DNA from: Fidelibacterota bacterium
GTDB lineage: Bacteria; Fidelibacterota; Fidelibacteria; Fidelibacterales; DSDE01
Direction: 5' to 3'
Assembly (NCBI GenBank): GCA_046735395.1
Contig: JBJKQR010000036.1
Location: 22,231 to 86,230, forward strand
DNA length: 64,000 bases
A program made the translations under genes and the position numbers. Positions within the stretch are counted from its first letter, which is position 1. The number at the start of each line of letters is the position of its first letter. The notes beneath the pieces were generated by a model. It made no database searches and was not told where the DNA came from. It saw nothing but the letters and a program-made list of their open reading frames with translations. This document shows positions 7,552-15,690 of the stretch, in pieces.

Positions 7552-10257
7552 ATGATTTCTACAAGAAAAAGTAAGATTACAAAATCTGGACATTTATTTT
7601 CTATTATTCTATTATCTTTACTGATTCTTACTCAGTTAAGTGCTCAAACACAGACAATACAGCAGGACTTTGACGGTTCCATGAGCGGCTGGACCATAAC
7701 CCAGGGCGGATCCGGTTCTGAAGGTGATGATAATAACAATGTATCCGTTACCGGAACAACCTGGAAGGTAACCAGACCTTCATCTATCGGAGCATCGCTT
7801 TCAGCTCCTTCATCACCGTACTGTATCATCGTGGGTAAAAAGGATGATGAAATTGCCTATGATTACTTTTTTTCACCGAGAATTGACGATGTAAATTCAA
7901 GCGATGAAGTTCATGTTTCATTTAAGAAGGCGATTTACCAGGCGGTTTCCACGGCGGTCGGTCAGGGAAGTGCCTACATTTACACCCTGCGAGATATTAA
8001 CGGCAATGGGATCCCGGAACCTCTGGACGCCGATGCCAGCGGACTCAGTGCGTGGAATGGATATTACGCCTCGTCCACCTGGACAACTACGAGTGAGGAT
8101 ATTGTAACTTCCGGTAACGTTTTCATCGGGATTCGGGCTCACATTCCAAGCGGTGTACTGAACACTGGGAACACCTATCTGCTGGTTGATGATATGGAAA
8201 TTACGGTGACAAAGGCAGTACCGAAAATTACTATCAGCAGTCCCGCCGGTGGCGAACAGTGGCAGTCCGGAACGGTGCAAACTATCAAATGGACTGCAGC
8301 GAGTGATATTGAAAAAGTAAATATTCTATACTCTACAGATGCGGAAAATTCCAATACAATCGCTACACAGGTTACGGCTTCAAGCGGAAGTTATTCCTGG
8401 ACGATTCCAAACATTCCATCCTCAACATGTCAAATATTTATAAGGAACGCTGATATTTATAAATTCGATTACGATATCAGCAATGCTTTTACAATTGTCG
8501 GCAGGGAACTCGTGTTAGTCGAACCCATTGGAGGAGAAAGATATGCAGTCGGCAGCACTCAAACTGTGAGGTGGAATTCCAACAATCTCGTATCGAATGT
8601 TGGAATCGGGTTTGTATCGGAAACCAATGAATCAACTTCCCTGACCCAAAGCACTCCAAATGATGGACAATTTGAATGGGTAGTTCCGAATTTGATTGGT
8701 AATCACACGATGGTTATATGGGACGTTGATGATTATAATGTGCGTGACCAGAGTGACACAGCTTTTGAGATATATGAAGGAAAAAGCATAACGGTAACTT
8801 CGCCCAATGGCGGTGAATCCTGGGAGGTAGGGTCGCAGCAGACTGTTACTTGGACAAGTACAAATGTGGATTATGTGAATATTTACGGCAACTTTGAAGA
8901 CGGAAATGCCTTAATTGCGTCACAGATCCCGAGCAGCGGCAGTTACTCCTGGACGATTCCCGACAAGCCGGGTGCCTGTACCATCGGGATCTATGATGCA
9001 GGCGACGACAGCATTTACGATACCGGAGATGCAAGCTTTACAATTGTCAGCACTCCCCGGGTCACAATTATTTATCCCAATGGCGGAGAAGAGTTCAATT
9101 ACGGGGAAACAGTAAAAATCCTATGGTCAGCATACCGGGTCTCAGCTGCTGATATTGATTATTCCACAGATGCCGGATACAGCTGGCAGAACATTGTGGA
9201 AAATGTTTCCGACACATTTTATGTATGGACTGTTCCGGACATTTCTTCCGATAATTATTCAATCAAAGTTACTTCCGTTGAAAATTCTTCTGTCTCTGAT
9301 TTGACAGATAATCATTTCTCTGTAAATGAAGAGCAGCCGGGCGGAATAATTGTCCTGAGAGAAAATGATGCACAGGGTATTCCTGTTCATTTGGACGAAA
9401 TAGTAAGCGTCAGCGGTGTTGTTACAGCTTCAAACCAATTCGGAAGTACGGGACCGGCATTTATACAGGACGAGATTGCAGGAATTTCTTTATTCGGGAG
9501 CTATATCGATAATTTACAGATTGGCGACAGTATCACCATCGGAGGTACAGTTACACAGTATAACGGGCTTACCGAGATAATTAATTTGGATTATTCGAAC
9601 ATACAGATACATCGACAGGAACTTGATATAACTCCAAAGGTAATTACAATTTCTGAAATGCTCTCTCAGGAATGGAATGGCATTGAACGTTACGAAGGGT
9701 TGCTGATACAGATTGAAAATGTGCATTTTGTAGAAACCGGGACATTTGTCGGAAACACTAATTATCATATTACAGATGGGACAGACAGCTTAATCGTCCG
9801 TCTAGATCCTGACGTGACAGACATTACCGGGCAGGAGATTCCTTCCGGTGATATCGCAGTTTCCGGAATTTCCGGACAATTCAAATCGGGACAACCATAC
9901 AATTCAGGTTATCAGATCATGCCCAGATCTTGGGACGATATTCACACGGGAAACACTCTTGAAATCAGTGATAATATGAATGCTGAAGAATATATCCTTA
10001 AACAGAATTATCCCAATCCATTCAATCCGACTACGATAATCAGCTATAATATTCCTGACATGGAAATTGTAAGCATTGTCATTTACGATATTAATGGAAA
10101 GGAAATTACGAAACTTGTAAATAGCCGAATACAAAGTCCCGGGCATTATGAGATAGTTTTTAATGTGGATGATTTTCATATATCTGCTGGTATTTATTTC
10201 ATCAGAATGCAAGCTGGCGACTTTATTGAAACGAAGAAGATGGTGTTTATGAAGTAA
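7552..10257 (+). CDS. Large secreted protein: beta-sandwich domain, four SPxGGE-type Ig-like repeats, OB-fold-like pair, T9SS-type C-terminal domain
   Basis: AGGAG SD, signal peptide; SPAGGEQW/EPIGGERY/SPNGGESW/YPNGGEEF repeats; FIQDEIAGI..IGDSITIGGTVTQYNGLTEI..YQIMPRSWDD; QNYPNPFNP..KKMVFMK. Confidence 0.85.
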   Translation: MISTRKSKITKSGHLFSIILLSLLILTQLSAQTQTIQQDFDGSMSGWTITQGGSGSEGDDNNNVSVTGTTWKVTRPSSIGASLSAPSSPYCIIVGKKDDEIAYDYFFSPRIDDVNSSDEVHVSFKKAIYQAVSTAVGQGSAYIYTLRDINGNGIPEPLDADASGLSAWNGYYASSTWTTTSEDIVTSGNVFIGIRAHIPSGVLNTGNTYLLVDDMEITVTKAVPKITISSPAGGEQWQSGTVQTIKWTAASDIEKVNILYSTDAENSNTIATQVTASSGSYSWTIPNIPSSTCQIFIRNADIYKFDYDISNAFTIVGRELVLVEPIGGERYAVGSTQTVRWNSNNLVSNVGIGFVSETNESTSLTQSTPNDGQFEWVVPNLIGNHTMVIWDVDDYNVRDQSDTAFEIYEGKSITVTSPNGGESWEVGSQQTVTWTSTNVDYVNIYGNFEDGNALIASQIPSSGSYSWTIPDKPGACTIGIYDAGDDSIYDTGDASFTIVSTPRVTIIYPNGGEEFNYGETVKILWSAYRVSAADIDYSTDAGYSWQNIVENVSDTFYVWTVPDISSDNYSIKVTSVENSSVSDLTDNHFSVNEEQPGGIIVLRENDAQGIPVHLDEIVSVSGVVTASNQFGSTGPAFIQDEIAGISLFGSYIDNLQIGDSITIGGTVTQYNGLTEIINLDYSNIQIHRQELDITPKVITISEMLSQEWNGIERYEGLLIQIENVHFVETGTFVGNTNYHITDGTDSLIVRLDPDVTDITGQEIPSGDIAVSGISGQFKSGQPYNSGYQIMPRSWDDIHTGNTLEISDNMNAEEYILKQNYPNPFNPTTIISYNIPDMEIVSIVIYDINGKEITKLVNSRIQSPGHYEIVFNVDDFHISAGIYFIRMQAGDFIETKKMVFMK

Positions 10258-10973
10258 AGTATCCAACAGAAAAAATCATCAAAAAAGGCCATCCGCCGGT
10301 TGGCGGACAAAAGAGGGAAACATCCCATTATTCCAGTTTCACAGGTTTGCTGGATGAAGGTTCTCTCCATTCATTCTACATCCCGAATCCTATGAAATTT
10401 GAGGACGATTTCCCAGGTGAAATAAAAATCCTTTGTCATAGACACCTTTAAAATCCGTTAAATACCCGCTGGTACTAATCACAGATAATTAAAAATAAAA
10501 TGATTAATATTTGCATATACGACGGGGGTTGCAGGAATTTCCGAAAAGATTATTGCATGGATTCAAAATGGAACGGTGTCCGGATCACCCACATTCTTTT
10601 CTCTTTCAATTCCAGAATTTATCCTTATATTCATAATATATTAAAAATAAAGAAAATACTAACTGTTGAGTTGCAAAAAACAATATGCGATCTGCAGAAA
10701 GGCTTGACAATTTACGGGAACCCATACATGTTGATATGAGATTATTCGCCTCATACGGATCTTTTCATGAAATCCATGTATCCGGATCTTAAAACAGATT
10801 AAATGGAAAATGATGATAAACCATAGTTGAATTTAACAATGCTTGTCCTGAGGACATCTGATTTATGTGTGGATTTTTATGGCATGCTATAAAGCTTCAT
10901 AATTCTTTGCAAAACTGATGCTGCCGTCGTAGCAGTTCAGTCCGTCAGTCAAACTGTTCAAGGGGGAAAACAC

Positions 10974-13900
10974 ATGAGACATCTAATCAAGCTTTTCATC
11001 GTTTCACAAATCAGCTTTGCTTTCGCATTTGCACAGACCCCGGAATGGATTACTGCCATTTCAGCTGGAGGAGAAGATGCCGATGAGGGTCTGGCCATGG
11101 TGACTGATGAATCAGGTTATACCTATGTGACCGGTCATTTCTACCAGACCGCAACCTTCGGATCCATCACGCTCAACAGCAGTCTTTATAGAGAATTGTT
11201 TGTTGCCAAGGCCGATCAGGACGGCAACTGGATGTGGGCTGTCTGTGCCGGAGGCATGAACCATTCCCAGGGATCAGCAATTGTCATGGCTCCCGATACA
11301 TACCTTTACATTACAGGAACCCTGAACGGGACAGGTAATTTTGGCGGTCACGCTTTCACCAGCAACGCCTACTCTGAAGATATTTTTGTGGCTAAAATTT
11401 CCCCCAGCGGCATCTGGCAGTGGGCCCGGGGCGCGGGAGGTCCCGGAATCGATCACGGAAATGGTATTACAGTTGATGCGGCGGGGAATCCCTATGTGAC
11501 GGGTCAATTTGCCGGAACCGCAACATTCGGCGGTGTGGAAAGAAGCAGTTCGGGCCCCACGGACATACTGGTATTAAAATATGATACAGACGGGAACCTG
11601 CTCTGGTCCGCTCAAGGGGGCGGCGAGGTCAATGATGACGGCAATGCTGTTGCCGTGAACAGCAATGGTGACTGCTACGTCACGGGGTATTTCCAGGGGA
11701 CCGCCTGGTTTGGATCCCAGGGGCTGATCAGCAGCGGCGGGGCTGATGTATTTGTGGCGTCGATTACACCCGACGGGACCTGGAACATGGCAAGACGCGG
11801 AGGAGGCGCTGATACCGATGAGGCCACCGCGATTGATGTGGATGCTGCCGGGAATGGATATATTACGGGAAGAAGCAGCGGCGGAGCCATCTTCGGAGGG
11901 GAAAATTATATCAGCGGGCCTTATAATCATCCCTTTGTGGCAAAAATAAAACCCGATGGAACCTTTCTGTGGGTCCAGGAGCTTTTGGGTGACTGCTATG
12001 GCTGCGGCCATGATATCACAGTCGGTACAGACTCAAAACTCCGCATTACAGGCAGCTACTCCGGTTCGGCTGTTATGGGTCCGACATCACTCACAAACGA
12101 GAATGAACTGGGCTCTGAAACCGGCTTTGTAGCCGGCCTGGATCGGGATGGTAATTGGATCTGGGCCCGACAGATTTCCGGACGCTGCGAAGCCTACGGA
12201 CTGGCAACTGATCCTGACGCAAACACCTGGATCACAGGCCTTTTTTATGATACGGCAGTTTTTGACAGCAAGTCGATTACCAGCGCCGGTTCCCGGGACA
12301 TTTATCTCGCCAGACTGGGGCAGGCTGGCCCGCTCACACCCGGGTTTACTGCCGATACACTTTCCGGCGAAGCCCCCTTGACCGTCAGGTTTACGGACTT
12401 GTCACTGGGCAATCCCATCAGCTGGGAATGGGATTTTCAGAACGACGGCACCATTGACAGCTACGTTCAGAACCCGGTATGGACTTACTCTGAACCTGGG
12501 CTCCAGACCGTAAAACTAACGATTTCCGATGGTGAATATACCGTAACATATTTACGTGCAGATTATATTTCTGTGGGTTTTGAAATTATAATTCCGGATG
12601 ATCAATTCAGAAACGTCATCAACAGCGCTCTGGGACAACCCACCGACTATCAGCCGACAATTGATGATTTGCATTCAATTTCTGGATCTTTGATTGCGAG
12701 AGACCAAAACATCTGCTCCATTGAAGGGGCGCAGCATTTGATCAATGTGACGATCCTGTACCTCTCGGGGAATTCAATTTCTGATCTTAGTCCACTTTCG
12801 AATCTGGATCAGCTCATCTATCTCTGGGCTGATGAGAATCGGATAACAGATTTATCAAATATATTTAATCTACCGGCATTATCATTACTTGATGTATCGG
12901 ATAACTATATCGAGGATATATCCGGCTTATCGGCCATCCCATCCTTGAAGAGCCTCTACCTGACCAACAACCGGATCGCTAATATCTCACCACTTTCAGA
13001 CCTGCAATCTTTATATTGTCTTTGGATCGAAAATAATCTGGTATCGGACCTGTCAGCCCTGAGAGCACTACCCTTATTGACTCAAGCATATCTTCAGGGC
13101 AACAGAATATCTGATATTGCTCCCCTTGTGGATAATTCTGCTCTGGGTGAGAGCGATGTCTTGGAAAACATCCTAGTGCTATACGACGAACTCATGGACT
13201 ATAATAACCCCCTCTCGCACGAAGCTCTGGATGTTCACGCCACGGCTCTGGCATCCAGAAACTTTACCATGCTCATGCTTCCCCCGGTGGCAAATGAACT
13301 GGCTCCCTGTTATCCGTCGCCTGCCAGAGATGCTGAAAATGTCCCGGCCTCTGCAGCACTGAAATGGCAGGGAAATTATAATGGCGCGTCCGCCACCCAT
13401 GAGCTCTGGCTGGGAACTTCACCCGATGAATTGATCAAAATAGGGAGTGCTTCAGCAACGGATGATACCCTCCTTTCATTTCAGCCGACGCTGCAGCCCG
13501 ACACAGACTATTGGTGGCGGGTCCGGGCTGCATCGGTGACGGATACGGTGTGGAGCGGGCCCTGGCATTTTTCTACCAAAAGTCCGATCCTGCCGCCTCG
13601 CGCAGATTTCACAGCGGATATCACTGCGGGTGAACGTCCTCTTCCGGTCAATTTTGCCGATCTTTCCGAAGGCGACATCGAAACCTGGGCCTGGGATTTT
13701 GAAAATGACGGAACCACCGACAGTGATGAGCAGAATCCGAAATGGACCTACAATGATGCCGGTGTCTATAGTGTATCATTAATAGTCAGCAACACTGCCG
13801 GAGCTGATACAGCCATTTTTGCAGAATATATTTCTGTGGAGATTCCTGCTGTTTCACTCCAGGCAGATTTCACAGCGGATGTCACTACGGGTGAACGTCC

Positions 13901-15353
13901 TCTTCCGGTCAGTTTTGCCGATCTTTCCGAAGGCGACATCGAAACCTGGGCCTGGGATTTTGAAAATGACGGAACCATCGACAGTGATGAGCAGAATCCG
14001 AAATGGACCTACAATGATGCCGGTGTCTATAGTGTATCATTAATAGTCAGCAACACTGCCGGAGCTGATACCGTTGTCAAAACGGATTTTATCTCTGTAA
14101 TATCTCAGCCGGATACTATTTTTGTAAATAAAGATGGAAGCGGAGATGCAACCACCATTCAGGCCGGAATTGATAAGGTTCAGGATGGTGACATTATTAT
14201 TGTCCATCCCGGCACCTATGTGGAGAATATAAACTTTTCAGGGAAGAATATCACAGTCACCTCCCGGTACCTGACTACGAAGGACACAAGCTACATTTCC
14301 CGGACGATCATCGATGGAAATCACAGAGATGCAGTCGTTACCATGAATACAAATGAGACGTCATTAGCTGTACTCAGTGGATTTACGATTACAAACGGCT
14401 ATTCACCCGGATCCGGAGGTGGGATTCTGATCTATGGTTCCAGCCCGGTCATTGCTGATTGTAAAATAATTGCAAATGAAGCAGTAAACTACGGAGGAGG
14501 CATTGCCTGTTTGAATGACGCATCTGCCTGGCTTCATCACTTGCGTATTACTGATAATACGTCACAAAACGGAGGGGGCGTGGATTGTTTTCAATCAAAT
14601 ATCCTGATTGAATATGCTGTTCTGAGTGAAAACTCTGCCAGCATTGGAGGTGGCGCTGTTATACTGTCAAACTGTACCGATATGCGGATGAATCATGTCA
14701 CTATTGCAGATAATAACGCCCAATACGGACCTGCGGTAATGCTGGGAAACTCTCAAATATCACTTCAGAACAGCATTGTCTGGGATAATACAAGCTATCC
14801 GATATATTTTAACAATTATTACGATCCCAATACTCTGAACGTTTCCCATTCTGATATTCAGGGGGGAATTCTATCCGTTCTCGGTGAAAATGGAAGCCTG
14901 AACTGGGGGGATGGAAATTTGGATGCCGATCCTCAGTTTATTCATCCAGAATCGGGCAACTATTTCCTTTCAGCAACAAGCCCATGCCTTGGCTCAGGAG
15001 CGGAAGGAGAGTTTATGGGGGCCTTGGGAGTCGGAGTTATTGAACCTGTAGCCCTTGAAGATGCATTGCTTCCAAATACATTTATTCTGCAACAAAATTA
15101 CCCCAATCCGTTCAATCCCACGACCCTCATACAATACGGCCTTCCCGAACAATCTACCGTGCGGATTTTCATTTATGATATATCCGGCCGGCAGATTAAG
15201 ACATGGCGGCTGGTTAATCAGCCGGCTGGCTGGCATGGTTTGGTATGGGATGGAAGCAATAACAATTGCCAGAAAGTATCTGCCGGGTTGTACGTTTACC
15301 AGATGCGTGCGGGGGCTTTCATGGAGTTAAAAAAAATGATCTTCATGAAGTAA
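10974..15353 (+). CDS. Large secreted mosaic protein: SBBP beta-propeller repeats, PKD, internalin-like LRR, FN3-like, 2x PKD, beta-helix, FlgD-Ig/T9SS-type C-terminal domain
   Basis: Signal peptide; repeated D.xGN.YVTGxFxGTA.FG; WxWDFxNDG PKD motif x3; LxLxxNxIxDLSxL LRRs; TIQAGID..GD.IIVHPGTYVENINF; QNYPNPFNP. Confidence 0.88.
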   Translation: MRHLIKLFIVSQISFAFAFAQTPEWITAISAGGEDADEGLAMVTDESGYTYVTGHFYQTATFGSITLNSSLYRELFVAKADQDGNWMWAVCAGGMNHSQGSAIVMAPDTYLYITGTLNGTGNFGGHAFTSNAYSEDIFVAKISPSGIWQWARGAGGPGIDHGNGITVDAAGNPYVTGQFAGTATFGGVERSSSGPTDILVLKYDTDGNLLWSAQGGGEVNDDGNAVAVNSNGDCYVTGYFQGTAWFGSQGLISSGGADVFVASITPDGTWNMARRGGGADTDEATAIDVDAAGNGYITGRSSGGAIFGGENYISGPYNHPFVAKIKPDGTFLWVQELLGDCYGCGHDITVGTDSKLRITGSYSGSAVMGPTSLTNENELGSETGFVAGLDRDGNWIWARQISGRCEAYGLATDPDANTWITGLFYDTAVFDSKSITSAGSRDIYLARLGQAGPLTPGFTADTLSGEAPLTVRFTDLSLGNPISWEWDFQNDGTIDSYVQNPVWTYSEPGLQTVKLTISDGEYTVTYLRADYISVGFEIIIPDDQFRNVINSALGQPTDYQPTIDDLHSISGSLIARDQNICSIEGAQHLINVTILYLSGNSISDLSPLSNLDQLIYLWADENRITDLSNIFNLPALSLLDVSDNYIEDISGLSAIPSLKSLYLTNNRIANISPLSDLQSLYCLWIENNLVSDLSALRALPLLTQAYLQGNRISDIAPLVDNSALGESDVLENILVLYDELMDYNNPLSHEALDVHATALASRNFTMLMLPPVANELAPCYPSPARDAENVPASAALKWQGNYNGASATHELWLGTSPDELIKIGSASATDDTLLSFQPTLQPDTDYWWRVRAASVTDTVWSGPWHFSTKSPILPPRADFTADITAGERPLPVNFADLSEGDIETWAWDFENDGTTDSDEQNPKWTYNDAGVYSVSLIVSNTAGADTAIFAEYISVEIPAVSLQADFTADVTTGERPLPVSFADLSEGDIETWAWDFENDGTIDSDEQNPKWTYNDAGVYSVSLIVSNTAGADTVVKTDFISVISQPDTIFVNKDGSGDATTIQAGIDKVQDGDIIIVHPGTYVENINFSGKNITVTSRYLTTKDTSYISRTIIDGNHRDAVVTMNTNETSLAVLSGFTITNGYSPGSGGGILIYGSSPVIADCKIIANEAVNYGGGIACLNDASAWLHHLRITDNTSQNGGGVDCFQSNILIEYAVLSENSASIGGGAVILSNCTDMRMNHVTIADNNAQYGPAVMLGNSQISLQNSIVWDNTSYPIYFNNYYDPNTLNVSHSDIQGGILSVLGENGSLNWGDGNLDADPQFIHPESGNYFLSATSPCLGSGAEGEFMGALGVGVIEPVALEDALLPNTFILQQNYPNPFNPTTLIQYGLPEQSTVRIFIYDISGRQIKTWRLVNQPAGWHGLVWDGSNNNCQKVSAGLYVYQMRAGAFMELKKMIFMK
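13602..14071 (+). repeat. Near-identical tandem PKD-domain duplication
   Basis: 13602-13810 vs 13863-14071: 209 bp, 4 substitutions counted, 261 bp (87 codon) offset. Confidence 0.93.
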
Positions 15354-15356
15354 ACC

Positions 15357-15392
15357 TTCCCCCGCCCCACAAAATCCAGGATCGGGCGGGGC
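15357..15392. repeat. GC-rich palindromic element, related to the insert at 6895-6942
   Basis: Shares TTCCCCCGCCCC and ATCCARGATCGGGCGGGGC with the tRNA-Lys copy insert. Confidence 0.75.
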
Positions 15393-15690
15393 ACTCAAAT
15401 CGACAGACGGCGATTCCGTGTGGGATTCAACATTGACAGCAATAAACTTACACGTTTCTTTGTCAGAGAAGGCGACTCGTATGACGCAAATTCATGGCGT
15501 GACGGAAGGATAACCGGCTCAAACTGAATAATCGGGTCTCCCGGATATTCACGCTAAAGCACAGAATATATCCGATGGCCGGGAAGCGTAATAACGGACA
15601 TTCCGGCATTTGATACCCGATGCGGCGGTTTTATCTGTAACTGTAATTGTGTATATTCGGAAAATTCTATAAGGCAGCTGCCGTATCCGA

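Noticed and set aside
13602..14071. Diversity-generating retroelement TR/VR pair
   Set aside because: Both copies are in-frame domains of one gene, differences are not confined to adenines of one copy, and no reverse transcriptase is present
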